NCBI GenBank assembly: GCA_964486045.1
Contig: CAZALK010000001.1
Span: 264,142-328,141, forward strand
Length of the DNA: 64,000 bases
Source of the DNA: an uncultured archaeon
Lineage (GTDB): Archaea > Asgardarchaeota > Lokiarchaeia > Sigyniarchaeales > SOKP01
Direction of reading: 5' to 3'
A program made the translations under genes and the position numbers. A model generated the notes under the pieces. It saw only the letters and a program-made list of their open reading frames with translations, was not told where the DNA came from and made no database searches. Numbering within the stretch: the first letter of the stretch is position 1; every line of letters starts with the position of its first letter. This document shows, piece after piece, positions 37,345 to 48,233 of the stretch.

Positions 37345-39435
37345 CTAAAAATCAAAACTCATGATTTCATCTATTTGATTTAGAAGCTCCTTATTTTCCA
37401 AGATTCTATCTAAAAAATTCTTAATTTCAATTAAAGTTAGATCTAACTCTTCAGCTGTGTAAATATTGTAGTTTTTAATCTGGTATCGAGGTAGAAGATA
37501 CTTTATTTGGAAATTTTTCATCTCATCTTCAAAATACAAAAATTCCCTTACTATTTTGAAATCTTTGTTAAACTCTAAGTAAAGCTTATCTAAATATAAA
37601 AGGTTAACTAAGGAGTTGGTGATTTTTTTACATGTAGAAATGAAATGTGGAACTGTCTTTTGAAACTCATCTTTTATCAAATTTAAATTTAGGGTTGTAA
37701 AAGCAGACTCAGATTGAATATCATATTGTAGTTGGCATAAAAGGTGTAAAATTTTACCAAAGTATGACAATATTAAAGGAAGTGTTTGTGGTATTGGTAG
37801 TCTTCGAATAAAGCTTCCATTAAATCTCAAATAGCCTCCAGACATATGAAGCGTACTGAATAGAGTTTTAAATATGAGATCCATTAATTTTGAGTTCATT
37901 ATTGCTAAGAGCCCAAAAAGTTTTTCCTGGTTAAACGATGGAATCGATACAAAATATAAGCCTGTTACATTCGTATATATCCCAGGATCATAATTCCATG
38001 TTAATTCTTTAGCTACTTCTCTAAAGACCAGTTTTTGAGTTGAACATACCTCCCAAATGTGTTCAAATTCAATGTTGTATCTAAAATAAGAAATCGGAAT
38101 GATTTTCTTAGCTATTTTAATAAGTTTGTCAAATTTTATATGATATTTTCCAACATTCCCCGTCCCTATTAACAATAGATCTTTTTTTGAATGTGGAGTA
38201 TTGCTAATGTTATTAAGGTGTTTGGACCAGTTAATAAATCCATACGGTCGATATAATATTTTTAGATCGCTTATCGAGTCAGATAACGTTTTAAAGTTAT
38301 TGTATAAATAATTTATTAAATGTATTTGGCCAGAGATTGGAAAAACAAATGAGGGGATTTTCATTATCAATTGCTGAGGTAATAATTGTGATTCTGTATT
38401 GCGATTCTCAATCAATTCATTCAATTTTTGGAATTTTTTTATCACAACCATATTACTTGCCTTAGGCAAGGATTTTTTAAAAGTTATAATTATAGGATAA
38501 ACCGCAGTTCTGCCAAAGATTGGAAGCGAGGAAATATTAGTTATTTCTTTAAGTTCTGTGTGGTTAATAAGCAATTGTCGGATTCGAATTCCATAATCAG
38601 CTGCTAAGAATTTATTTGTTGTTAACATCGATAAAAAACCATCTTTTTCCTTTAATAGCTCTAACGATTTCTCAATAAACAGAACTGAAATATCAAATAA
38701 ACGATAAGCAGAACTAAATCTCTTAGTTAACTTTTTCTTATATTCGGTATTTTTGATTTTCTTATTTTCAACGTAAGGAGGATTTCCTACTATAATATCA
38801 AACATTGCAGAATCATATTTTAAAAGAAAGTCTAAATTGAATAAATTCAGTTTAATGTCATATGAATGGATAATTTTTTCAATTTCTTCAAGGTGTAAAT
38901 TGTCCATATTCAGATCAGGAAGTTCCAGAATCATTTCATTATTAGTAAAAAGCCAAGAAATTAATCGTAACTTTGTAATAATATAAGCAGATTTCTCTAT
39001 TTCGATACCATAAAGATTTTCTTTTATTATATGTCTTTTAATTTCATAATTATCCAATCCAGAATTCAGAATTCTATAAAATTTAAAAAGCATTTCAGCA
39101 GTAGAAATTAAAAATCTCCCAGATCCACAAGCCGGATCTAAAATTTTAATGGTTTGGAGCTTTTTAATCAATTTTTTTTTTAAATTATTATTTTTATCCA
39201 AATAATGCTGAAAATTTACGAAAGAGGTTTCTAATGTGAAGTTATTAGGTAAGTTATATAGTTCTTTGAAATATAATTGAAAAACCCTTAAGACTATGTA
39301 GTCTACAAGAGGTTTTGGAGTATAAATTACCCCCAAGCTCTTACTATTAGTTTTTTCATTGACTTTATCATTTTCAAAGTCAGTAATAACTTTGTTTATA
39401 TTACTTAAAAAATCTTGAACTAACAACTTTTTCAC
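37345..39435 (-). CDS. N6-adenine DNA methyltransferase (Eco57I/TaqI-like), solitary
   Basis: GVIYTP, ILDPACGSGRF, FDIIVGNPPY, TaqI_C-like LMNS...RRLPIP. Confidence 0.9.
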   Translation of the reverse strand: MKKLLVQDFLSNINKVITDFENDKVNEKTNSKSLGVIYTPKPLVDYIVLRVFQLYFKELYNLPNNFTLETSFVNFQHYLDKNNNLKKKLIKKLQTIKILDPACGSGRFLISTAEMLFKFYRILNSGLDNYEIKRHIIKENLYGIEIEKSAYIITKLRLISWLFTNNEMILELPDLNMDNLHLEEIEKIIHSYDIKLNLFNLDFLLKYDSAMFDIIVGNPPYVENKKIKNTEYKKKLTKRFSSAYRLFDISVLFIEKSLELLKEKDGFLSMLTTNKFLAADYGIRIRQLLINHTELKEITNISSLPIFGRTAVYPIIITFKKSLPKASNMVVIKKFQKLNELIENRNTESQLLPQQLIMKIPSFVFPISGQIHLINYLYNNFKTLSDSISDLKILYRPYGFINWSKHLNNISNTPHSKKDLLLIGTGNVGKYHIKFDKLIKIAKKIIPISYFRYNIEFEHIWEVCSTQKLVFREVAKELTWNYDPGIYTNVTGLYFVSIPSFNQEKLFGLLAIMNSKLMDLIFKTLFSTLHMSGGYLRFNGSFIRRLPIPQTLPLILSYFGKILHLLCQLQYDIQSESAFTTLNLNLIKDEFQKTVPHFISTCKKITNSLVNLLYLDKLYLEFNKDFKIVREFLYFEDEMKNFQIKYLLPRYQIKNYNIYTAEELDLTLIEIKNFLDRILENKELLNQIDEIMSFDF

Positions 39436-39592
39436 TTGTAATTAAAGTACCAAGTATACTTTTTAGAATTTTCTACGAATTTTGTTTTAAAGTTAGTTTT
39501 CCTTATTTATAAAAATGATAGAAATAAAAATTAAAAGAATATAGCAATAACTAGGAAAATTTTTTAAATTTAATTATTTTTTATTCAAGATT

Positions 39593-40498
39593 TTGATAGA
39601 AAAAACATTTTTGAAGGATCTTATTGATAACCCAGGTACATTATCGGATTTGAGATTTGAAGAAATAAGTAAAATTCTTGAAAATGTCAAAAGAATCTTT
39701 GAAAATGAAAATTTGCTTTTAGAATTCAACGTGAAAAATTCAAAGAGAAATATTTATGTAATTGGGGATATTCATGGAAATTTAGAAACGTTATTAGGAA
39801 TATGTGAATTATTAGATAAAAATCAGCCAAATCTAGGTATATTTTTGGGAGATATTGTTGATCGAGGCTCTAAACAATTAGAATGTTTGCTATTCATTTT
39901 AGTTTTAAAAATCCTAAATCCCCACAAATATTATCTGTTAAGGGGAAATCATGAAACTGTGGAAATGAATAAGTATTATGGGTTTTATCAAGAGTTTATA
40001 GAGAAATTTAAGGATCCCCTTAAATTTGAGGAAATTATAGCAGTTTATAATTCACTTCCAATTTGCGCAATAATTAACAACACTATTCTATGCTTACATG
40101 GTGGAATTCCTCAAGATGAGGAAATTTTGCAAAAAATAAAAGGAGTAAAAACTAAAAAAATTAGTACTATCTTCGAATCAATTTCGCACAGCTTGATTCA
40201 AATTATGTGGAATGATCCTAAAGAGAAGTTACAAGGATTTACTGAAAGTTTTAGGGGAGCAGGCATTAAATTTTTTGGTGAAGATGTGTTTGATAGTTTT
40301 ATGAGCAAGAATAATCTAAAATTACTTATTAGAGCTCATGAATGCTTTCCTGAAGGATTTAGATGGTTTTTTCATAATCACCTTTTGTCAATATTTTCTT
40401 CTGCAAATTATCGAGGGAGTTTTTCACCTAATCCTGCTTCCTTTGCAGTAATTAGTAATAATGAAATTAAATCAAAAATTATGAAATTGGATTTATGA
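39593..40498 (+). CDS. PPP-family Ser/Thr protein phosphatase (PP1/PP2A-like)
   Basis: GDIHG, GDIVDRG, RGNHE, HGG, WNDP, RAHE, FSSANY. Confidence 0.95.
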   Translation: MIEKTFLKDLIDNPGTLSDLRFEEISKILENVKRIFENENLLLEFNVKNSKRNIYVIGDIHGNLETLLGICELLDKNQPNLGIFLGDIVDRGSKQLECLLFILVLKILNPHKYYLLRGNHETVEMNKYYGFYQEFIEKFKDPLKFEEIIAVYNSLPICAIINNTILCLHGGIPQDEEILQKIKGVKTKKISTIFESISHSLIQIMWNDPKEKLQGFTESFRGAGIKFFGEDVFDSFMSKNNLKLLIRAHECFPEGFRWFFHNHLLSIFSSANYRGSFSPNPASFAVISNNEIKSKIMKLDL

Positions 40499-40522
40499 AT
40501 TTAATCTTAAGCAATTTAAGGA

Positions 40523-40786
40523 TCATGAAATTTGAGAAGCATCTGGTTTTATGAAGAGAAGATTGTTACCCCGAATGAAAATTTCGTTGTATTTAGCGAC
40601 GGGTGTCCCTTCCATTAATTCAGTACAATTTTCTAAGATTAAATTCATGTACGCATCGATCTCCTTTAACAGTCCTCTATATTCAGTTCCATCTTTTAAT
40701 CTGAGCAAGATAATGGAATTCTGAGCATTTTGCAGTATTGTAAGTGGATTCTTCGACCTTTGTTGATTATTATTCCTATTTGACAT
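40523..40786 (-). CDS. lsm: Sm/Lsm protein
   Basis: LKDG.EYRGLLKEIDAYMNLIL; IFIRGNN. Confidence 0.95.
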   Translation of the reverse strand: MSNRNNNQQRSKNPLTILQNAQNSIILLRLKDGTEYRGLLKEIDAYMNLILENCTELMEGTPVAKYNEIFIRGNNLLFIKPDASQIS

Positions 40787-40900
40787 ATTAAGACCTTTTT
40801 AAAAAAAATTAATAATATTTAATGAAAAGATAATTTAAAGATAGATTTTTTTCAATTAAAACCTTTTTATAGATTTGAAAAATAGTAAGTTAAAAATTCT

Positions 40901-41527
40901 ATGGTTTTTAAAGTGGAGAAAATTTTTAAGTTTCTGAACAAAAAAAAAGAGATAATTGATAATTATGATGCATCCGCAGATTTTTATGATAAAAGATATG
41001 GTGCGATCCAAAAAGAAAAATATGACATTGTTCTAAATAACTATGACCTAAATGAGAAAACAATTATCGACATTGGTTGCGGCACTGGACTTTTTATTGA
41101 GCATATATTAAACTCTGGGGATCTCGATCGAGTTTTAGAATGTTATTACATAGCAGTGGATATTTCATGGAATATGTTGTTACAATTTAAATTAAAACTG
41201 TTTGATTTGAAAAATAAAACCAAAATCTTGTTGATGTTAGCTGATATAGATAACTTACCATTTCGAGACAACTCTTTTAATTTAGTTTTTTCATTGACCT
41301 CTTTCCAAAATTTACCAAATATTTTAAGCGGAATTCAGGAATCACTTAGAGTGAGTTCAAATAAGAGTGATTTTAAATTTTCAATCTTAAGAAAAAAATT
41401 AGACCTAAACCTAATATTAGAGTTGCTTACTCCATTTGTAAAAAACCTTGAAGTAATAAATAAAGATTATGTAGAAGATATTATTATCCAAGGATCAGTA
41501 AAAAAAGAATCTCCCAATGGTTATTAA
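40901..41527 (+). CDS. Class I SAM-dependent methyltransferase
   Basis: IDIGCGTG, VDIS..ML, LPFRDNSF. Confidence 0.9.
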   Translation: MVFKVEKIFKFLNKKKEIIDNYDASADFYDKRYGAIQKEKYDIVLNNYDLNEKTIIDIGCGTGLFIEHILNSGDLDRVLECYYIAVDISWNMLLQFKLKLFDLKNKTKILLMLADIDNLPFRDNSFNLVFSLTSFQNLPNILSGIQESLRVSSNKSDFKFSILRKKLDLNLILELLTPFVKNLEVINKDYVEDIIIQGSVKKESPNGY

Positions 41528-42402
41528 TTCTTATAAAAATCTCTTAGGATTTCTTCCACATCGCTTTCGATATTAAATTTCCTTCTAAAATACTCACAAA
41601 TGTTTATAATATCTCTCTCTAAAACCGAAAATGAATTGGGATGATCTCGAGAGATCCATTGTAACCAGTCGATGATTAAAATATTACCTCTTTCATCTAA
41701 AACAATGTTAAATTCTCCCAAATCTCCATGAATCATACCGCCCTTTTGAAAGATTGTTTTTATCTGTTTTATAATTCGATTAAAAATTTTTTGAGGCTTT
41801 CTAATGCTTTTATAATAAACCAATTCTTTTCCTCTTAAATAGGACATAATGATTACATGTCGATTAAATCCAATGGGTTTTGGAGTGTCTAGTTTCAAAA
41901 CATAAATTTTTTCTAGCGCTTCAAATTCTCTTTTTGCAGCAAGTCTATTTACATAAAGCCAAGAAAAATGACTTCTATCCCCTAAAATGTCCCTGTATTT
42001 TTTAATACTTCTGAAACTTGTTCGTCCCATCCTATAGAACTTCAATGCCATAACATTTTCATCATCGTCCATACCACTGTATACATCTGATTCCTTTCCC
42101 TTCCCAATTAGGGGACCAAGCTGACTAATTACATTTCTTTTCACTAATGTGTGTAGTGCAAGTAAATCATAAGCTTTAGAGTTGAGTACATAAGCAATTT
42201 CATTTTTTGAAGCATCTCTTATTATCAAATCAAGTTTATGAACTTTATTTAAACGATATAATGTTTCTTTCATCTCGTATCTTGAGTAAAATTTAATATT
42301 TTTAACAGTTACATATTTAGATCTTTTCATTCCAATCTCTATTGCCATTAAAATTCTAAAATCCTCTTTTTCCAAAGTCGGCAATAAATGGGCTATCTCC
42401 AT
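41524..42402 (-). CDS. rio2: RIO2 kinase
   Basis: N-terminal wHTH, GKGKESDVY, GRTSF, HGDLGEFN, IDWLQ. Confidence 0.95.
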   Translation of the reverse strand: MEIAHLLPTLEKEDFRILMAIEIGMKRSKYVTVKNIKFYSRYEMKETLYRLNKVHKLDLIIRDASKNEIAYVLNSKAYDLLALHTLVKRNVISQLGPLIGKGKESDVYSGMDDDENVMALKFYRMGRTSFRSIKKYRDILGDRSHFSWLYVNRLAAKREFEALEKIYVLKLDTPKPIGFNRHVIIMSYLRGKELVYYKSIRKPQKIFNRIIKQIKTIFQKGGMIHGDLGEFNIVLDERGNILIIDWLQWISRDHPNSFSVLERDIINICEYFRRKFNIESDVEEILRDFYKN

Positions 42403-42412
42403 AATTAACCAT

Positions 42413-43195
42413 CTAGAATATATAATTTCGATAGGTTTTCAGAAAAGATATGCATTTATATATATTTGGGATTTCAAAGATTAAAACGGAAATGGTATTA
42501 AGCAATATAAAGAAAAGTAGATCGTTTTTTAAAATAAGGAAGTTAGTTAATGTTGAACCATCTTGGAATTTAAAAAGAAATATATCAAAATTTAAATAGA
42601 TAAATATTCCAGCACAAATAATTAAGCCAGTGAATGAAAAAATAATAACTTGGTTTTCCATCTCAATTATTCCAATAGTTAAATTAATTAAAAAGAAAAA
42701 AATGGTTATTAACATCAAAATTTTAGATATATATATCCATAATTTGAAAATATTATTATTAACCTGATGACTTAAGTTAGACATTGGCCAAAACAATGAA
42801 CTGCTCAAATTAAATAATGATGCAAATGGTAAAATAATTACTCCTAATAAGGAAATGAAAAAAACACGTATTGTTGTAAATCTACTAAATATAAGTGTGT
42901 TCTTTTCTTCTCTTTTCGTTAATTCCAACATAGACTCAAGTTTTTTTTGAATTTCAGTGGGAAAATTTTTTTTAGCTAATATAAACTGAAGGTTTAGTTC
43001 AGGGAAATTACGTAATAGTTCTTTTAATTGTGTATAACTTTTCTTGTATCTTTTTTTTGTGATCTTTGACCCACTCCATAAATAAATCATTTCTTTTTCT
43101 TCATCTAAAATAGCACATATATCGTGGGATAGAAGATTATGTTCTTCTTCCTTCCATTGAGATTTGGAATCATTAAAAATGAAAGCTCTCAGCAT
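42413..43195 (-). CDS. Gelsolin-like domain fused to about 4 TM helices
   Basis: LLSHDICAILDEEKEMIYLWSGSK matches the gelsolin LxxxDxxILD...IYxWxG pattern; hydrophobic C-terminal half. Confidence 0.6.
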   Translation of the reverse strand: MLRAFIFNDSKSQWKEEEHNLLSHDICAILDEEKEMIYLWSGSKITKKRYKKSYTQLKELLRNFPELNLQFILAKKNFPTEIQKKLESMLELTKREEKNTLIFSRFTTIRVFFISLLGVIILPFASLFNLSSSLFWPMSNLSHQVNNNIFKLWIYISKILMLITIFFFLINLTIGIIEMENQVIIFSFTGLIICAGIFIYLNFDIFLFKFQDGSTLTNFLILKNDLLFFILLNTISVLIFEIPNIYKCISFLKTYRNYIF

Positions 43196-43294
43196 TTATC
43201 ATCTAATTATCTTAACAACACGAGGTTTTTATTTTTTTCTATCTCAACCCAATAGAAAAACTAATGGAAAGCTGGTAATTTGATATATTTTAAC

Positions 43295-44209
43295 TCAAAT
43301 TCTTTGAACTGGTTGATTTTCGAGCCTGTTGTGTATTTCTTTCCAAGTATCAATAACAAAGTCCTCATAGGCTTTTATTATTTCCAGATTAATTGACTTA
43401 AATCTCTTTTGTACATTCAAATATTCAGTGATTGGTTTTCGTTTTGATGCATCTAAATGTTTCTTATTAGGCTTAGATAATTCAAATTTACCTTTAATTA
43501 CTTCATAAAGAGGCCAAAAACCTGTTTCAGTTGCCAGTCTTCCGATTAAGATCGTATTCTTCGGTTCATACCCCCAACCAGGTGGACAAGGCGATAAAAT
43601 ATGGATATACTTAGTTCCTTTTATTTCTTTAGCTCTTTTGAATTTCTCGTATAAATCGAGAGGGTATGAGGCATTTGCCGTTGCAACATACGGGATATTA
43701 TGCGCTTCCATTATCTTCGGCATATTCTTTTTGGTTACTAACTTTCCCTTAGGAGTTGTTGTAGTTTTTACACCTAAAGGTGTTGATCCACTTCTTTGTA
43801 CTCCTGTATTCATGTAAGCTTCATTATCGTAACAAGCATAAATAAAATTAGTACCTCTTTCTGCTGCCCCACTTAAAGCTTGGATTCCTATATCTGTTGT
43901 ACCCCCATCTCCCGCAAAAGCAAGAACACTAATCTCGTCAGATAATCCTTTATCCTCAAGGGATGCTACAATTCCGGATGCTGCCGCACCTGTAGTTGCA
44001 AAGGGAGTATGATAAACAGAAATTTTAGTGGTACAAAAACCTTGCATTCCATGAAGTACAGTTAAACAAGATGCGGGTACTGTTATGATTGTATTAGGGC
44101 CCACTGCTTTAAGTGCAATCCTATATATTAAAGCCATCCCACATCCCGCACATGCACGAGTCCCTGGATAAATAAATTCCTCTTCAGGGATATCCATAAC
44201 ATTTACCAT
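43295..44209 (-). CDS. porB: Pyruvate/2-oxoacid:ferredoxin oxidoreductase beta subunit
   Basis: ACAGCG, GDGG, DNEAYMNTGVQRS, SPCPPGW. Confidence 0.95.
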   Translation of the reverse strand: MVNVMDIPEEEFIYPGTRACAGCGMALIYRIALKAVGPNTIITVPASCLTVLHGMQGFCTTKISVYHTPFATTGAAASGIVASLEDKGLSDEISVLAFAGDGGTTDIGIQALSGAAERGTNFIYACYDNEAYMNTGVQRSGSTPLGVKTTTTPKGKLVTKKNMPKIMEAHNIPYVATANASYPLDLYEKFKRAKEIKGTKYIHILSPCPPGWGYEPKNTILIGRLATETGFWPLYEVIKGKFELSKPNKKHLDASKRKPITEYLNVQKRFKSINLEIIKAYEDFVIDTWKEIHNRLENQPVQRI

Positions 44210-44215
44210 GATTTT

Positions 44216-45463
44216 TCACCCACTTTTAAAGTATGTTGATTCATCGTAATCACCTAATTTATTCAAGTCTAAACCCAAAAAATCAGTTTTGTTAGTAAAG
44301 AATCCTTCCTTAAATTCGTCTAACGCTTTATGAATACCAGTAATAATATGCTCAGTTTTTACATCTCTGCCCCCTAAACCAACAATAAAACCTTTTATAT
44401 TTGGTCTATTTTTTAATCCATAAAGCGCAGCTTTTAACTCATAAGATAATACACCTTCATATCCATATCCAATATCTCTATCAAATACAATAATATTTTC
44501 TTTATCTTTGAAAAATTCCCTTAAATCTTCGTGTGGAAAAGGTCTAAATAGTTTAAGACTAACTATTCCAACCTCCAATCCTTCTGCTCTCAACTTTTTT
44601 AAAGCAACTCTAGCTTGAGATGCAACTGATCCCATCGCAAAGATCACAGTGTCAGCATCCTCAGTTTTAACTGATTTATATATCCCATTTCCGTATGATC
44701 TTCCGAAACTTTTAGCAAATATAGTATGGACTTCTTTAATTATATCATAAGAGTTTTCTAAAGATTTTTGAAGAGAATATCTGTATTCATAATAACCTGG
44801 AGCTGTTCCTTCTGCTCGTTCAATAACTTGAGGTGTTGTAACTGGATCAATTCCTTTTACTTGTGACATATCGGATAGGTTAATATGATGTGTAAGGGGG
44901 GGTAAAAATTCATCGATTTTTTCTTGTTTTTCTAATTTTACTGGCATCGCGGTGTGAGAAAGCACATAACCATCAAATGCACAAACTACAGGTAGATTTA
45001 CCCTTGAATCTTCGGCAATTTTGAAAGCTTGAATGTTAGTATCATAGATTTCTTGATTATTTTCGCAAAACAGTTGAATCCATCCAACATCTCTAATTGT
45101 TATAAAATCTTGATGATCTGTCCAAACTGACCAAGGAGCGCCTAAGCTTCTAGTTGCTAAGTTTAGGACAATTGGTAATCTATTCCCAGAAGCCCACGGT
45201 AACATTTCATACATTAATTCTAAACCATGAGCCGAAGTTGCTGTCGCTACTCTTGATCCTGTAGCAGAGGCAGCACATAACACAGCCATGGCACTATGTT
45301 CAGATTCAACTTTTACAAATTTTGCTTTTAGCTTATCATCTGCGATAAATTCTGCAATTTTTTCTACGATTGGGCTTTGTGGTGTAATCGGGTATGCTGA
45401 AACAACACCTACTTTTGCTTGTCTAAATGCGTGTGCTGCGGCGTGATTTCCTGTTAAAATCAT
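44216..45463 (-). CDS. porA: Pyruvate/2-oxoacid:ferredoxin oxidoreductase alpha subunit
   Basis: TGNHAAA, AYPITPQ, ESEHSA. Confidence 0.95.
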   Translation of the reverse strand: MILTGNHAAAHAFRQAKVGVVSAYPITPQSPIVEKIAEFIADDKLKAKFVKVESEHSAMAVLCAASATGSRVATATSAHGLELMYEMLPWASGNRLPIVLNLATRSLGAPWSVWTDHQDFITIRDVGWIQLFCENNQEIYDTNIQAFKIAEDSRVNLPVVCAFDGYVLSHTAMPVKLEKQEKIDEFLPPLTHHINLSDMSQVKGIDPVTTPQVIERAEGTAPGYYEYRYSLQKSLENSYDIIKEVHTIFAKSFGRSYGNGIYKSVKTEDADTVIFAMGSVASQARVALKKLRAEGLEVGIVSLKLFRPFPHEDLREFFKDKENIIVFDRDIGYGYEGVLSYELKAALYGLKNRPNIKGFIVGLGGRDVKTEHIITGIHKALDEFKEGFFTNKTDFLGLDLNKLGDYDESTYFKSG

Positions 45464-45504
45464 GATATCAGCATCTGGTGTTGATCTTTCGCTTTCATTA
45501 ATTG

Positions 45505-45804
45505 TCAGTCATTTTTCACCTCTTCCATTGATATAGCTTTAACTGGACATTCCTTCATACATATTCCACATCCTTTACAATAATTGAAATCAATTGTAGG
45601 GGGGATAGTTCTAGTGACAACTGCTTCTGGGCAATATAACCAGCAATTAAAGCAATTATTTTTTCCGGATTTGACAGGGATACACTTGTTTAAATCTATT
45701 ATTGGTTTTTTAGAACTCCAAGTTCCTGTTTGACCTGCCTCCCCAATTACTGGTTTCTGAACAGATCCTAAAATTTTTTGGTAATCTTTTTTTGAGTTTG
45801 TCAT
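45505..45804 (-). CDS. porD: Oxidoreductase delta (ferredoxin) subunit
   Basis: TGTW..KKP; CWLYCPE; YCKGCGICMKECP. Confidence 0.93.
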   Translation of the reverse strand: MTNSKKDYQKILGSVQKPVIGEAGQTGTWSSKKPIIDLNKCIPVKSGKNNCFNCWLYCPEAVVTRTIPPTIDFNYCKGCGICMKECPVKAISMEEVKND

Positions 45805-45997
45805 TTATTCATCAAATATTAGATTCTTGTATAAAATCTAAAGCATAGAAATTATTAATTCTTACCATTATAAAAATAATAGTTTAAAGAGTAATCTCTT
45901 TCATTTAGCAAGGAGAAAAGGCGGAATGAGAAAATTGCTTGATAATCTTTTCGTTTAAATAAGAAAAAAATAGTTGATACTTCATTATTCAATTCAT

Positions 45998-46213
45998 ATT
46001 GGTTTGACTCGAGAGGAAATTGATAGGCTCTTAACAAGGTTCTGAAAAATAGAAAGATATGGAGAAGGCTTGGAATATATATATATTCAATGTTCTGGTC
46101 TTGGATTATATATTTCAAAGGAAATTATAGATTTGCATGATGGACATATTTGGGCAGAATCAGCAAGAAGAGATAAAGGGTTTTTATTTACAATAAAATT
46201 ACCGATTTATTGA
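45998..46213 (+). pseudogene. Histidine kinase HATPase C-terminal remnant
   Basis: IGLTREEIDRLLTRF*KIERYGEGLEYIYIQCSGLGLYISKEIIDLHDGHIWAESARRDKGFFITIKLP; stop at 46043-46045. Confidence 0.85.
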
Positions 46214-46234
46214 TTGATTATAGGAGAGATTGGA

Positions 46235-46831
46235 TTACAATATTCTTGCTAAATTATATCCTTTTTCTATTAATCTAAAATTTAATTTTCCTATTTTTTC
46301 ACCCAATCGTTTTGAAACGACTGTTTTTAAATAATTTAATGCTAATTCTGGCAAAGCTTTTGATAGTAATCCTAAGATTGGGGTATTAATAACTGGATTT
46401 CCATCGATAGTTAAATTTTCCTCGAGTGCTAATTTACTAATTTCTGCAACAATTATTTTTGTCTTTTCACTCAGTTTGTATCTATTAACAAAAAATTCCG
46501 GTTCTCTTTCAGAGTTAATGATAAATATACCCTCTCGTTTAAGAGAAGAAGCTATTTCCTGATTCAATACCGATTCGTCAAATATAATTAAAATGTCAGG
46601 ATTCTCTATTTGTGCTCTATCCCAGATCATATTTACTCGAGAAAGTTTTGTATATGCTTGAACGGGAGCACCTCTCCTCTCAGCACCAAATGAAGGGTAT
46701 GCATGTACATCAACAAAACTACCACTTAAAAATGCAGCTTCTGCAATAAGTTCTGCACAAGTAACTACTCCCATTCCGCCTCTACCTAAGAGAGTGATAT
46801 TGATTACCTCATTTCCATTAATACTCATCAT
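46235..46831 (-). CDS. porG: Oxidoreductase gamma subunit
   Basis: GRGGMGVVT, PSFGAERRGAPV. Confidence 0.95.
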   Translation of the reverse strand: MMSINGNEVINITLLGRGGMGVVTCAELIAEAAFLSGSFVDVHAYPSFGAERRGAPVQAYTKLSRVNMIWDRAQIENPDILIIFDESVLNQEIASSLKREGIFIINSEREPEFFVNRYKLSEKTKIIVAEISKLALEENLTIDGNPVINTPILGLLSKALPELALNYLKTVVSKRLGEKIGKLNFRLIEKGYNLARIL

Positions 46832-47185
46832 TGAGAATAGATTCTAATTATTTTTTTCTTATATTTATGATAAGAGTGCTATCGATTAAAAATTAGTTCA
46901 TAATAAGAGGGTAGTTAATAAGAAAGAAAAAAAGTTTTTCTCTTAAAAGCTATATTTTTGCTAGGATGATGTATAACTATATTATACAAAAGAAAATATT
47001 TTTAAAGTGATTTAATAGAAATCTATAACGTCAAAGAGATTTTCTTATCATGTATTAGTGATTTTAATACTACTCAAGGAACATAATCCTAGAATAATTA
47101 AAAGTAATAATAATAAGAAAGTTATGATATTATAAATTATTAAAATTCTAATATCTTTATATCTCAGAATTGAAGTGATAATATC

Positions 47186-48034
47186 ATGAAAAATCAAACA
47201 GGCTACTTCGAAGGAAGAGAATTGACAAAACTATTCTATCAATATTGGCTCCCTGATACAGGTGAAACTAAAGCTTATATAATTGGAGTTCATGGATGGG
47301 GGACTCATTCTGATAGACTGAGACTCCCAGCCGAATATTTGACAGAAAAAGGATATGCTGTTTATGCTTTTGATTTAAGAGGTCATTATCGGAATAAAGG
47401 GGATATTCCGGGACACATTGAAAGCATAGATCACATCCAAAAAGATATTGTCCTCTTTATGGATTTAGTCCGTAATATTGCTAAAATCAAGAAAGTATTC
47501 TTAATGGGTCATTCTTTTGGTGGATTGATGAGTTTAATTTATGCAATTAATCACCCCACATTATCAGGTGCATTAATATCTTCTCCATTATTAGGAATGT
47601 TCATGAAATTGTCAATGGGTAAGAAAGTTATTAAATCAATTTCAAAAAATATCGTTAAACTGGCACCTAATAAGATTTTAAATAACATAATTGATCAAAA
47701 TCAGTTAACAAGTGATTTAAAAATATTGAGAAAACATATTGCCGATAAAAATAAAATTGATGTAATATCGGCTAAATCAGCTACCGACATTGATAAATAT
47801 ACAAGATGGTCAATGGATAATGCTTCAAAGTTACTTTGTCCTGTTCTGATAATGCAAGCGGGAAATGATAAAATAGTTGATAAGGTAAAACCAAAACAAT
47901 TTTTTGAGAAAGTTAAGAGTAAAGATAAAACCTACAGAGAATATGATGGATTTCTTCACGAGTTGTGGAATGAAAAAGGAAGGTTTCAAGTATATCAAGA
48001 CATGTATATTTGGTTAGAAAAACATCTAAAGTAG
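47186..48034 (+). CDS. Lysophospholipase/monoacylglycerol lipase-like alpha/beta hydrolase
   Basis: HG, FDLRGH, GHSFGG, D, HELWNE. Confidence 0.92.
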   Translation: MKNQTGYFEGRELTKLFYQYWLPDTGETKAYIIGVHGWGTHSDRLRLPAEYLTEKGYAVYAFDLRGHYRNKGDIPGHIESIDHIQKDIVLFMDLVRNIAKIKKVFLMGHSFGGLMSLIYAINHPTLSGALISSPLLGMFMKLSMGKKVIKSISKNIVKLAPNKILNNIIDQNQLTSDLKILRKHIADKNKIDVISAKSATDIDKYTRWSMDNASKLLCPVLIMQAGNDKIVDKVKPKQFFEKVKSKDKTYREYDGFLHELWNEKGRFQVYQDMYIWLEKHLK

Positions 48035-48233
48035 ATTCCGATTTTTGTCTTAAGAATTGTTGAATTTGAGTCTCGTAATGTTTTATCCGTTTTATCTGAT
48101 ACCGCAAATAATTATCTGGTCTCTTATTTTTTATATTGAAAAGTAGATATTAAAATCCTAATAATTAGAATTTATTTCAAACAAAAATTAAATTATTAAA
48201 GTAGAATTTTCTATAGATTTAGTTGGATATTCC

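Noticed and set aside
45855-46118. 87-aa minus-strand ORF
   Set aside because: Shadow of the plus-strand histidine kinase relic
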